Assembly: GCA_041601615.1 (NCBI GenBank)
Contig: JBFIHX010000017.1
Span: 1-54,214 of the forward strand
Source of the DNA: Thermoplasmatota archaeon
Lineage (GTDB): Archaea; Thermoplasmatota; E2; JACPAO01; JAHFTW01
DNA: 54,214 bases
Direction of reading: 5' to 3'
Below, one piece after another: positions 9,960 to 19,528 of the stretch; positions within the stretch are counted from its first letter, which is position 1, and the number at the start of each line of letters is the position of its first letter. The notes below the pieces were generated by a model, which was given only the letters and a program-made list of their open reading frames with translations, was not told where the DNA came from and did no database searches. Both the position numbers and the translations under genes were made by a program.

Positions 9960-11287
9960 AGGTCCGTCCGGTGCTGTTGCTTGTGGCTTTGCTGTTGTTG
10001 GTCCCTGTGCCGTCTGTGGCGGCGGTGGGCGACGCAGAGGTCCGTTTGGACTTGTTTTTGTCCGTGGATACCACGCGCATGACTCTGAGTGGGGGTTGTG
10101 GGGCGACGGTGCAGGCGGACGGGCGTGGTTTCACTTTCCAAGAGCATGATCCGGCGGAGGGCACGGGGTTGGATCGCGGGGGTTGGTTCGTCAGCGGCTG
10201 CGGATATGCGCGGCTGGACGTATCGGTTCCTGTGGGTGCCACTTCGTTGCATGTGTCCTACTTTGCCGATCGTCGCATTGATACGTTCGGTCCGGAAGAT
10301 CGGGGTCAGAGCATCCAGGGCATCTTGTTTACGGACGTGGACACGGGTGCTCGGATCCACGACAAGGACGTGTACCCGGAGAACGCAGGGAGCCGAGAGG
10401 ACCGGCGTCATGATTCGGGTGCGATTCCGTTGCCGCCAGGTGTGCGCAATGCGAGCCTGGAGTTCTATTTCCGTGATGTTCCACCGTTGGGCAACCAGAC
10501 GGGCAATTTGCTAGGAGAGTCCCTGAGCGGGCGCAGCTTCTCGGCGTATGTGCATGACATTGAGATTCTGATGCACGGGGACCTCTTGGCGCCCGCCACG
10601 GTCTCTTCGTCCACGGGCCGCGAGGGCACGATTTTGCTGGATGAGCTTGAGGTGCGGCTGGATGTGCCGTTGCCGGAGTCGGAATTCCAACCGGTGCCGC
10701 GCATCCTTGTGGATTCCGCGTTCGACTTTGAGCGAGTTGTGCTTCCCAACGGGCGCACGGTGGATGTGGCGAGGACCTGGAACGGGTCCTTGGTGGGTCC
10801 TGGTGCGGTTTTGGTGGAGCGCACTGAGGCCGGCCTGGAGATTACCATTCATCCTGATCTCGTGGCTGAGGCGGGGCCGGGCGAGTACATCGTATTCGTT
10901 CGTGCAACCCAGAGCATTCGCGTCAGTCCGGTCTTGTTGCCGGTCGCGGTGCTGTTGCTTGCGAGTCCCCTTCCGTTTGCGGTGTTGGCAATCGTGCAAG
11001 CTCAGGGTTTCTACCGTGAGGCGTTCGGGGCGTACCGGCTTGCGGCGCGCAATTTGATGATCGGCGTCGTAGGCGTGTTCGTGTACTACGTCGCGGTGTT
11101 GGCTTCGGCGTTTGTCGGCGGCCGCCTGGATTTGATGGGCGTGTGGCCGTTGCCTCTCGAAGGTGTATTGTTGTATGTGCAGGTGGCGGCGGCGGCGGTG
11201 GCGTTTGTGCTGCTGTGGTTGTCGGCGCGTGCGCTGTACTGGATTACGAGGCCGAGGCCGGGCACGGCGCGTGAGCTGAAGGACTGA
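9956..11287 (+). CDS. Hypothetical membrane protein (signal peptide, large extracellular domain, three C-terminal TM helices)
   Basis: Signal peptide MKVRPVLLLVALLLL; hydrophobic C-terminus; ATGA coupling with upstream gene. Confidence 0.75.
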   Translation: MKVRPVLLLVALLLLVPVPSVAAVGDAEVRLDLFLSVDTTRMTLSGGCGATVQADGRGFTFQEHDPAEGTGLDRGGWFVSGCGYARLDVSVPVGATSLHVSYFADRRIDTFGPEDRGQSIQGILFTDVDTGARIHDKDVYPENAGSREDRRHDSGAIPLPPGVRNASLEFYFRDVPPLGNQTGNLLGESLSGRSFSAYVHDIEILMHGDLLAPATVSSSTGREGTILLDELEVRLDVPLPESEFQPVPRILVDSAFDFERVVLPNGRTVDVARTWNGSLVGPGAVLVERTEAGLEITIHPDLVAEAGPGEYIVFVRATQSIRVSPVLLPVAVLLLASPLPFAVLAIVQAQGFYREAFGAYRLAARNLMIGVVGVFVYYVAVLASAFVGGRLDLMGVWPLPLEGVLLYVQVAAAAVAFVLLWLSARALYWITRPRPGTARELKD

Positions 11288-11361
11288 CGCACGAGGGGGC
11301 GTTGTGGGCCCCGGGGGGCTGGCGCGGCCCGGCCTGCGAATCGCTTGGCGCCGTTTGGGGC

Positions 11362-12186
11362 CTACACGATGCGTTCGAGGGTTTCGAGGCTGAAGCCGTC
11401 CTTGTCGATCTCGTAGGTGCTCACACCGACGCCAGTGGTGCGGTTTTTGACCTTCTTGACCATGAAGTAGCGCTCGAACTTGGTGCCTCGTCGGGTCATT
11501 TCGAGTTCGATGAGGCAGTCCGAGAGCAGTTCTAGGCGGCGTTCGGTGGTGCCGCCGTGGGCGCCTTTGGCTACGACCAAGAGCAATTGTCCGCCGGCCT
11601 TGGAGTTGGCGGCCTTGAGGGCCGTGAGGCTGGCAACGACCTGTTCGATGGGGTAGAGGTTGAGGAAGAAATCGATGCTGTGAACCACCATGCGGTCGGG
11701 GTTGCGCAGGCGGGTGTACGGGCGGATCAATTGCCCAAGGTAATCGGTGTCCGTGGAGGGGACGTTGTCCATGCCTGGAGGGATGAGGCGGTGGCTGCGC
11801 AGAAGATCTCGGCTGCTGGTGCCTTCCACGAGTTCACGCGGGTCGAAGCGGCGCTGCGTGTTGTCTGGGAGGGGGTTTCCCTTGTTGTCGAGGCCCGATT
11901 GTTGGGCGTCCAGCATGGCGTCGGCAAAGGCGCTCTGCATGTCTACGATGTCGAGGCCGTCCATGGCCCAGCCGGCGTCCATCATGGTTTTGACGACTTC
12001 TTTGCGCGATTCGTCGGTGCTGACGTAGACGACGCGCTCGTTGCGGTGGCCGGTGGCAAATTGTTTGGCAAAGATCTCCCCGCCGCTGCCGCTGGGGGCC
12101 AGGAGGACGGTGGTGAAACCATGGGGCAGGCCGCCCTTGAGGAAGATGTCGAGCGGGCCGATGCCGGTGCTGGCAAGGTCGTTCAT
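11362..12186 (-). CDS. RAD55/KaiC-family protein with degenerate Walker A
   Basis: STGIGPLD..GGLP; APSGSGGE in place of GxxGxGKT; VYVSTDE; VKKVKN. Confidence 0.85.
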   Translation of the reverse strand: MNDLASTGIGPLDIFLKGGLPHGFTTVLLAPSGSGGEIFAKQFATGHRNERVVYVSTDESRKEVVKTMMDAGWAMDGLDIVDMQSAFADAMLDAQQSGLDNKGNPLPDNTQRRFDPRELVEGTSSRDLLRSHRLIPPGMDNVPSTDTDYLGQLIRPYTRLRNPDRMVVHSIDFFLNLYPIEQVVASLTALKAANSKAGGQLLLVVAKGAHGGTTERRLELLSDCLIELEMTRRGTKFERYFMVKKVKNRTTGVGVSTYEIDKDGFSLETLERIV

Positions 12187-12932
12187 TGGGGGACTCCCGT
12201 GTCTCCGAATTTCTTCAGGAGAGGCGCGAGGCTGATGCCGAATTCGCTCAGATCCAGCATGAATTTGGCGCGGGAGTGGTCGGTGCCGCGCATTTTCATG
12301 ACTTGGAGGGTTCGGATGAGGTCGTTGTGGCGTTCCATTTCTGAGAGGAAGATGATGCCGTCGGCGATGAACTCCTCGACGCCGAACATGGAGTACACGA
12401 GTTTGCGTGGGGGCGTCTCGCTTGTCAAGACGGTGGTGCAATCGAGCGCCGAGAGGGTGAGGCCGAGTTGGAAGATGAAGTCGCGGATGCGGCCTTGGTG
12501 TTCGATGCGTTGGCAGATCGCGGTGATGCTGTCCACGACGAGGCGCTTGATGCCGTATTCCTTGACGACTGCCTCGAAGACTTCGACGAGGGCGCTGGTG
12601 TCCTCGAAGGTGAATGCGTCTGCTTCGGCCAGGCCGAGTCGCTTCATGACGGCGCGCAGGTCCACGAGGCGTACGAGGTTCTCGTCGAAGAACTTCTCTT
12701 CCATGAACATGTATTCGCGGGCGTTGCGGCTGAGGATCTCAAGAGGCTCGGTGACGCTGACGAAGAGACCTTTTTCGCCGCGTTCGGCGCCGTGGGCCAG
12801 GAATTCGAGGGTGAGGGTGGTTTTGCCCATGCCGCTGCCGCCGGCAAGGAGGACGACGTTGCCCTTCGGGATGCCTCCCCGGAGGATCTGGTCCAGTTCG
12901 GGGATGCCTGTCTCGCATCGCTCGATAGCCAC
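12183..12932 (-). CDS. Single-domain KaiC-like ATPase
   Basis: TGIPELD..GGIP, GGSGMGKT, VVDSIT, VEEFIADGII, VMKMRGTDH. Confidence 0.92.
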   Translation of the reverse strand: MAIERCETGIPELDQILRGGIPKGNVVLLAGGSGMGKTTLTLEFLAHGAERGEKGLFVSVTEPLEILSRNAREYMFMEEKFFDENLVRLVDLRAVMKRLGLAEADAFTFEDTSALVEVFEAVVKEYGIKRLVVDSITAICQRIEHQGRIRDFIFQLGLTLSALDCTTVLTSETPPRKLVYSMFGVEEFIADGIIFLSEMERHNDLIRTLQVMKMRGTDHSRAKFMLDLSEFGISLAPLLKKFGDTGVPQ

Positions 12933-12990
12933 GGTCGGGCGTTGCAGCGATGGGCCCCTGAAAGAGTTGTTCGGTTCTTATCGATGGTCC

Positions 12991-14325
12991 CTAGCGTAGG
13001 GATACGGAGGCGTCGATGATGCGCAATTGCAGCACCCACTCGGTGACGGTGGTGGATGTGAGGGTCAGGGTGGCGTCGTTTCCGGTGCCGGTGATGGCTG
13101 CGTCGCTGCTGGCTCCGGCGGCGATGATGGTGGCGGCTAATTCGTTGCGCCAGGAGGCTGCGCCGGGTGTGTCGAGGGCGATTTGGGCGGCCGTGGCGGA
13201 GAGGACGACTTCGTCGGTTTGTTGGTGGGTGACTTCGAGAGTGCCGGTGCCGCCGCCGGAGAGGTCGCCGCTGCCGGTGAGGTGTGTGAGGGTCCATCGC
13301 AGGGTGCCGACTCCGTTGACGATGGCCATGTCGATGGAGGGTGCAAGGCTGTGGCCGTCGGCGTCTTTTTGGTGGGCGACAATGGCACCGAATTCCCAGG
13401 AGAGTGCTTCGGGGGTGGCGCGGGCGCGGCTGGGTTCGAAGGTGACGCGGGCGCCGGTGCGGGTGACGGTGTATCCGGGGCTGCTGGTGCCGGTGCCGGC
13501 GACTTGGGTGTGTCCGTCGGTGTTCCAGACGGCGAGGAAGGTGCCGCTGGCGCTTGGTGCGCCGCCGCCGCTGCTGCCGGTGGTGATGCTGAGGCTGAAG
13601 GTGTCGAGGTCGCCGAGGCGGCCGACGAGTCCATATTTGGAGTCGAGGATGTCGACGGTGAAGTCGGTGACGGCGGGGCCGGGTTCGCAGAGGATGGTGT
13701 GTTGGCGGGTGCCGGTGGAGGTGGTGACGGTGAGTGCGATGCCGCGTCCGCTGCATGAGGGGATGGTGTCGGTGCCGGCGTGCACGAGGCGGGCGGTGAA
13801 GGTGGTGGTGCCGTCGCTGAGGCTTGCTTGCATCCAGGCTTGGCTGTTGGCGTTGTTGACGTTGGTGGTGTCGAGGCTGAGGTGGAGGTGGTTGAGCACC
13901 TCGATGTTGGTGATGGTTTGGGGGGAGGCGGTGGGGGTGCCGGCTACGTCGTCGCCTGCGATGTGGAGTCGGGGTGCGGTGAAGGTGGCGTCGAAGTTGC
14001 TGCCGTCTTCGACGAAGAGGTGGCCGTTTGCGGGAACACCTCCTAGAAGGGCGATGGGGCGGCCGGCGAGGGGGATGGCGGCGGTGACGGGTCCGGCGCT
14101 CTCGGAGGCGCTGAGTCGTTCGAGGCCGGATTGGATGTCTGCAAGTGCGTCGCGGACGGCGTATTGGTGGCTGGTTTCGCGGTCTTCGACCCAGGTGGGA
14201 AATTGTGTGAACATCCACATTCCGAAGGCGGTGCTGAAGAGAACGAAGACGAGCACGGCACTGACGACGCTGCTGACGGCTTCGGTGTCGGGTCGCAAGG
14301 CGCGGGGGGTGCGATTGGCCTTCAC
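12991..14325 (-). CDS. Large minor pilin-like protein
   Basis: Class III signal peptide EA|VSSVVSAVLVFVL followed by a Thr/Gly-rich beta domain. Confidence 0.8.
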   Translation of the reverse strand: MKANRTPRALRPDTEAVSSVVSAVLVFVLFSTAFGMWMFTQFPTWVEDRETSHQYAVRDALADIQSGLERLSASESAGPVTAAIPLAGRPIALLGGVPANGHLFVEDGSNFDATFTAPRLHIAGDDVAGTPTASPQTITNIEVLNHLHLSLDTTNVNNANSQAWMQASLSDGTTTFTARLVHAGTDTIPSCSGRGIALTVTTSTGTRQHTILCEPGPAVTDFTVDILDSKYGLVGRLGDLDTFSLSITTGSSGGGAPSASGTFLAVWNTDGHTQVAGTGTSSPGYTVTRTGARVTFEPSRARATPEALSWEFGAIVAHQKDADGHSLAPSIDMAIVNGVGTLRWTLTHLTGSGDLSGGGTGTLEVTHQQTDEVVLSATAAQIALDTPGAASWRNELAATIIAAGASSDAAITGTGNDATLTLTSTTVTEWVLQLRIIDASVSLR

Positions 14326-16247
14326 TCGACGCCTCCGGAGGTGGGGGTGCCGAAGGAGGAGCCGTTGGGTGTAACGTCAGCTTTGTTGTTGCCGTCGACG
14401 AAGGTGGCGAGGTTGACGTAGACGGTTTGGCTGAGGCTGGGGACGGTGAGGAAGATTTGGTCCTTGGCGTTCAGGGAGGCGGAGCGGACATCCACGTTTC
14501 CGCTGAGGGCTTGGATGGTGATGTCTTTGCCGTTGGTGTTTGGCGTGGAGATTGTGGCGCTGGTGGCGTCGACGCTGGTGGCTCCTGTGAGGGTGATGTG
14601 GCCGTCGCTGGTGATGGTTGCTCCGATGGTGGAGAGGGCGCCGCTGGTGGTGCGCACCAGGAGGTCGCTGGTGCTGCCGGTGTTGGAGAGGCGCATGCCA
14701 TTGAGCGTGGCGCTGGACCCTTCGAGCGTGGCGGCGCTTAGCAGTTGTAGGTCCGTGGTGGCGCTGGCGGTGAGGGTTCCTACGGCGTCGGCAAGCAGGG
14801 TGTGTCCACTGTTGGTGATGCGAAGGATGAGGCCGGAGAGGTCCATGGTGGTGCCGGCGTTGAGGGTGACGTCGCCGACGCTGTCGATGGCGGCGTCGGT
14901 AAGATCGATGCTGGTGCCGGCGATCCAGGTTAGGTCGGAGGTGCTGCCGATCATGTCGATGTCGGCGCGCACGGCGATGATAGCCCCGGTGGCGGTGGCG
15001 TCGAAGGGGCCTTCGGAGGAAACGGTGGTGTCGGTGAGGTCGATGTTGCCTGCGGTGGCGGTGAGGACGATGTCGCGGCTGTTGGAATTGATGCTCAATT
15101 CGCCGCCGGATACGTCGATGCTGCTGCCGGTGATGTGGATGTCGCCTTCGCTGATGAGGGCGGCGCCAGAGGTGTCGACGATGCCACCGGCGTTGATGTT
15201 GATGTCGCGGCCGTTGTGTTGGGTGGCTCCTCCGCCGGAGAAGATGATGTTGCCGGGGCTGTCAAGGTTGAGGGTGCCAGTGGTGGCGGTGAGGGGGACT
15301 TCGATGAGGAGGTTGGCGCCGTCGAAGTTGATGGTGTCGGCGCTGATGGCGCCTGCGCTGGATGGGATGACGAGGTTTTCGGTGCCTGAGTCGTAGGTTC
15401 CGTCGGCGACTTCGGAGAAGTCAACGGGCGTGTCTTCGCCTTCGGTGTAAACGCCGTCGCCGTTGGTGTCCTCGAAGGGGAAACCTGGGTCGCTGACGCC
15501 GGCGGCGACGGTGAGCGAGAGGACTGCGGTGTTGTCGGTTTCGTCGGTTTCGGCGACGAGGTTGTCGGGGTCAAGCTTGAAAACAATGGTGTGGGCGCCT
15601 TCGGTGGCGGTCCATGGAACAGAGAGGGTCGCGCTGGCGGCTGCGGAGAGGCTGGCGCTGTCGGTGCCAAGGTTGACGCCGTCGACGATGACAAGCAGCA
15701 CCACGGTGGCGGTGTCGGTGCCGGCATTGGTGGCGGTGGCGCTGAAAGTGACGGCGTTGTTTTTGACGGGTACTGCGGGGCTTGCCTGGGCGTTGCTGAT
15801 GTCGAATTCCACGCCGTCTGCGAGTCCGGTGGTGCTGACGGTGCCTTCGGAGGCAAGCAGAGTGTCGGCCACGACGAGGTAGGCGCCTGTGATGGTTTGG
15901 CCCGGAAGGAGGCAACTGATGCAGAGGGCTTCGCCGAGTCTCCAATGGGTTCCGTCGGCCGTGTCGCCGGCGAAGTCTGTGAGGGGGTAGTCAATGTAGA
16001 CGCCACTGACGCCCACGCGCACGTAGCCAGCAGTGAGGTCAACGGGGTCGCCGCCTTGGTGTTGCAAGAGATAGGCGGCGTCGCCGCGCATGATGGTGAG
16101 GCTGCTGTGGGGGGTTTCGTCCTGTTCGTCGAATTGGTTCAGGACCACGATGGATACACCGGCGAATACGCTAACCGTGATTCCCAGCATCAGGACGGTG
16201 CCGATGACGCTGGATACTGCAAGATCCTTGCTGTCTCTGTCCACCAC
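14322..16247 (-). CDS. Pilin-N-terminal adhesin-like protein with CARDB domain and beta-helix-like repeats
   Basis: LA|VSSVIGTVLMLGITV; CARDB motif LDPDNLVAETDETDN; Ca-loop-like DTNGDG; repeated G-(D/N)-I-x-(I/L)-x-A units. Confidence 0.8.
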   Translation of the reverse strand: MVDRDSKDLAVSSVIGTVLMLGITVSVFAGVSIVVLNQFDEQDETPHSSLTIMRGDAAYLLQHQGGDPVDLTAGYVRVGVSGVYIDYPLTDFAGDTADGTHWRLGEALCISCLLPGQTITGAYLVVADTLLASEGTVSTTGLADGVEFDISNAQASPAVPVKNNAVTFSATATNAGTDTATVVLLVIVDGVNLGTDSASLSAAASATLSVPWTATEGAHTIVFKLDPDNLVAETDETDNTAVLSLTVAAGVSDPGFPFEDTNGDGVYTEGEDTPVDFSEVADGTYDSGTENLVIPSSAGAISADTINFDGANLLIEVPLTATTGTLNLDSPGNIIFSGGGATQHNGRDININAGGIVDTSGAALISEGDIHITGSSIDVSGGELSINSNSRDIVLTATAGNIDLTDTTVSSEGPFDATATGAIIAVRADIDMIGSTSDLTWIAGTSIDLTDAAIDSVGDVTLNAGTTMDLSGLILRITNSGHTLLADAVGTLTASATTDLQLLSAATLEGSSATLNGMRLSNTGSTSDLLVRTTSGALSTIGATITSDGHITLTGATSVDATSATISTPNTNGKDITIQALSGNVDVRSASLNAKDQIFLTVPSLSQTVYVNLATFVDGNNKADVTPNGSSFGTPTSGGVE

Positions 16248-16287
16248 GGCCCGCTCTTGTGTTGCATAGACTTGAAGTTTTGGCTTG

Positions 16288-17676
16288 ATGGGTGCACGGG
16301 TTCAAGTGGTCAAAGATAAAGGGCAGGGCGCGAATCAGCCGCCTGTGGGAGATGGGGACGACTCGGCGGAGCAGGAACCTGGCGTTCTTGGATCGGACGA
16401 TATCCTAGCGGCGTTTCGTGCGCGTCGAGCGGAACGCCAGGCGTTGGCAGAAAGTGGCGCGAAGCCGGATGCAGGCACATCGGTTGCGTCTCCAACAGGA
16501 GGGGCTTCCGCTGAGAACGCCTCGCCGGCCGCCAAATTGGCTCAAGTGCCTGCTTCCGAGCCAGAGGTAGCATCGAAACCGGTTGCAGCTCCTGCCGCGG
16601 AGCCTGTGCCCCGGCCGGAGCCCGTATCGGAGCCTGAAAAAGCGTCTGAGCCGGCGCCCCGTGAACCTCCTGTTGCCAAGCCCGAACCGAAGTCTGCTCC
16701 CGCAGCGGCTCCGGGCCCTGTTGTGGCCCCTGCCAAGGAACCGGCGTCCGCCCCTGAGCCGACTACGGAGCCCCGGGCGGAACCCGCTTCCAAGCCAACT
16801 CCTGCGCCAACCCCTGCGCCAACCCCTGCTCCCGCCTCCGAGCCAGCCCCGGCGCCCGCCCCCACTCCAGCCCCCGAGCCCGCTGCCCGCGTGGCGGAAC
16901 CTCTGGGGCCGATTCCGGGCACAGAAACTGCGATTGCTCCGCGTGGCGGCAATTTGACCGCCCTGCAACCAGGTCTGGGTTTGTCCGAGCGCCTCCTGGC
17001 CGACACCACCGTTACCGTCCGTGGCAACTTCATGGCCCGCACCATCGGCGCCGTCACGGTGGCACTTGGGCTTCTGCTCTTGGTGCTCGAGCGGCGCGGT
17101 GCACGGATCGCGGATGCTTCGGCGTCTCCGGCGGTGTTGTGGATTGGTTCCATTCTCGTGTTTTTGGGCCTTGGTGCCTTCATTGCATTCCTATTGTACC
17201 CGCCGGCGCGCACGCTAGGCGTTCGGCTTGCAGCAAGCCAGCAAGACGAGTGGAAGCGCGTCCAGGACGAAGCAAAGACGCTGCACCTGTTGCTGTTGCT
17301 TGGCGTTGGGCTGCTTGCAGGTGGCCTTCTGTTGGCGTTCGTTGCCTACGCGTTCTTTCCGTCCGGGCAGTTTGTGGCAGGTGCTGGTCTTGGCATTGTG
17401 CTGGCGTTGGTCGGCGCCGTTCTTGGAATCGTAGCGTGGTCGCGCCGCGGCGCGGTTCACCGGTTGTATATCCAGACCCTCATCCTGAGCCGCCTGGAGC
17501 AAACCGGACTCGGTGTGTCGTCCGGTCCGACCAGAGACGAGCGATTGGGGCCGGTGTTGCAGGCGCTGGATAAGCTCCTGGGGCATTTGCCGGAGTCCAC
17601 GGTGCGCGCGTTTTTGCAAAGCGAGCAGGCGCAGGCGTACCTGGAATTGATCGACGAGGCAAAGCGCGATGGGTGA
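16288..17676 (+). CDS. Membrane protein with long Pro/Ala/Glu-rich N-terminus, first gene of pilus operon
   Basis: PAPTPAP low-complexity tract, four TM helices, overlaps ATPase start. Confidence 0.75.
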   Translation: MGARVQVVKDKGQGANQPPVGDGDDSAEQEPGVLGSDDILAAFRARRAERQALAESGAKPDAGTSVASPTGGASAENASPAAKLAQVPASEPEVASKPVAAPAAEPVPRPEPVSEPEKASEPAPREPPVAKPEPKSAPAAAPGPVVAPAKEPASAPEPTTEPRAEPASKPTPAPTPAPTPAPASEPAPAPAPTPAPEPAARVAEPLGPIPGTETAIAPRGGNLTALQPGLGLSERLLADTTVTVRGNFMARTIGAVTVALGLLLLVLERRGARIADASASPAVLWIGSILVFLGLGAFIAFLLYPPARTLGVRLAASQQDEWKRVQDEAKTLHLLLLLGVGLLAGGLLLAFVAYAFFPSGQFVAGAGLGIVLALVGAVLGIVAWSRRGAVHRLYIQTLILSRLEQTGLGVSSGPTRDERLGPVLQALDKLLGHLPESTVRAFLQSEQAQAYLELIDEAKRDG

Positions 17677-19528
17677 CGAGCCGTTGAGCCTGGCTGAGCG
17701 GATGCGCGAATTGCAGATGCGCGACGTAGCTGAGCGCGACGAGGATGCGGTGGCGCGAGCCAAGGAGAGCAAGGCGCAGGTGACGGCCAAGCTGACGGAT
17801 TCGGAGGACCCGGATGTTGTGACGTTCGCCCAGCGTTTGCGGTCGTTGCAGGCGCAGGGGCTTGCGGACACGGCGTTGCAGCACGTGGACAAGACGGGTC
17901 GCGGCAACGACCGTTGGGATAGTGCGGATCATGCGGAGCCTGGTTCGAGCATGGATCGCCGTGCTCGGATGCTGGATTGGCTCTTGGGTCGAAGGGCGCA
18001 GGAGTTGGGTAAGGGCGATGTGACGTTTATCCCGTCCTTTGATCCAAAGCAGTGGGAGGAGGTGGAGTTCTATTCCGTGGATCCGCCGTTTGCGTTTGTG
18101 CGGATTCTTCGCGATAAGCACACGGGGGAGATGATCTACGAGGCGATTGAGCCGGTCGTCCGTGATGAGGACCGAGAGGTTCTGGATTTCGTGGAAGAAG
18201 CGCTCGTGCGGGGCCTGAATGAGGACCCTGGGGACCTTGATGCGGCGGCCCGAGACGAGTACTTGTCGCGGGCGGTACGGCAGATTTTGTCCGACTACCG
18301 CATCCGCATTGATTCGGTGGCGCAGGCGCGGCTTGAGTACTATGTGCGTCGTGATTTCTTGGGCATGGGTCCAATCCACGTGCTGATGCGAGATGCCAAC
18401 ATCGAGGACATCTCCTGTGATGGTCCGCACGAGTCGTTGTTCGTGTTCCATCGTGAGCACGAGACCATCAGTACGAACATCAAATTCCTGGATGACGCAG
18501 ACCTGGATGGTTTTGTCATTCGTATGGCGCAGCGTTCGGGCAAGGCGATTAGCATCAGCGATCCAATTCTCGATGCTGCTCTTCCGGACGGCAGTCGTTT
18601 GCAGGCGACGCTGGGCCGTGAAGTGACGGAGAACGGCAGTACGTTTACGATTCGGCGCTTCAAGCCTGATCCGTTTACGCCCATTGATCTTGTGCGCTTT
18701 GGCAGCATGAGCGTCGATTTGCTGGCATGGTTCTGGATGATTGTGCAGTATGGCTACAGCTTGATTTTCAGTGGCGGTACGGCCAGCGGCAAGACAACTG
18801 CTCTCAATGCCATTTGCCAGTTCATCCCGCACACGGCGAAGCTTGTGAGCATTGAGGACACGCGTGAGGTCAATTTGCCGCACAAGAACTGGATCAAGTC
18901 CGTGACCAGGAGCGGCAGCACGGGGGAGGGTGCCGGCGAAATCGGCATGTTCGAGCTCTTGAAGGCGGCCCTGCGTCAGCGCCCGGAGTACATCCTGGTG
19001 GGTGAAGTGCGAGGTGTCGAGGCGACGGTGGCGTTCCAGGCGATGGCCACGGGGCACACGGTCTATTCGACCATGCACGCGGATTCGGCTCGCAGTGTTG
19101 TGTATCGATTGGAAAATGATCCGATCAACATTCCGCGCTTGGTTTTGCAGGCGTTGGATGTGATTGCCATTCAGGCCCAGGTGCGCGTGGGCGGCAAGCG
19201 GGCGCGCCGGGTTCGTGAGGTCGTGGAGTTGGTGGGCATGGATCCGTCGACGCGCGAGTTGTTGACGAACACGGTGTTCCATTGGAATGCTGCCACGGAT
19301 GAATTCCAGTACTCGGGGCGAAGCTACCTCCTGGAGCAGATTGCCGAGGAGCGCAATTGGACGCATGAGCAGTTGTTGGAGGAGTTTGCGCAGCGCAAGC
19401 GCGTCATTCGTCTCATGGACGCGGCGAAGGTGGACACGGTCGACCAATTGACGGATCTTGTGCGTGCGTACACGCGAGATGCTGCAAGCGTTGTGGCGGA
19501 GCTGGAGGGGGGCGGCAGTGCCGAGTGA
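17669..19528 (+). CDS. Type IV pilus / type II secretion ATPase (FlaI/PilB/VirB11 family)
   Basis: IEDISCDG, GSRLQAT, TIRRF, GGTASGKTT, IEDTRE, ALRQRPEYILVGEVRG, TGH..TMHA. Confidence 0.95.
   Translation: MGDEPLSLAERMRELQMRDVAERDEDAVARAKESKAQVTAKLTDSEDPDVVTFAQRLRSLQAQGLADTALQHVDKTGRGNDRWDSADHAEPGSSMDRRARMLDWLLGRRAQELGKGDVTFIPSFDPKQWEEVEFYSVDPPFAFVRILRDKHTGEMIYEAIEPVVRDEDREVLDFVEEALVRGLNEDPGDLDAAARDEYLSRAVRQILSDYRIRIDSVAQARLEYYVRRDFLGMGPIHVLMRDANIEDISCDGPHESLFVFHREHETISTNIKFLDDADLDGFVIRMAQRSGKAISISDPILDAALPDGSRLQATLGREVTENGSTFTIRRFKPDPFTPIDLVRFGSMSVDLLAWFWMIVQYGYSLIFSGGTASGKTTALNAICQFIPHTAKLVSIEDTREVNLPHKNWIKSVTRSGSTGEGAGEIGMFELLKAALRQRPEYILVGEVRGVEATVAFQAMATGHTVYSTMHADSARSVVYRLENDPINIPRLVLQALDVIAIQAQVRVGGKRARRVREVVELVGMDPSTRELLTNTVFHWNAATDEFQYSGRSYLLEQIAEERNWTHEQLLEEFAQRKRVIRLMDAAKVDTVDQLTDLVRAYTRDAASVVAELEGGGSAE

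Noticed and set aside
11362-12932. Circadian clock kaiABC
   Set aside because: Single-domain KaiC-like proteins, with no kaiA or kaiB.
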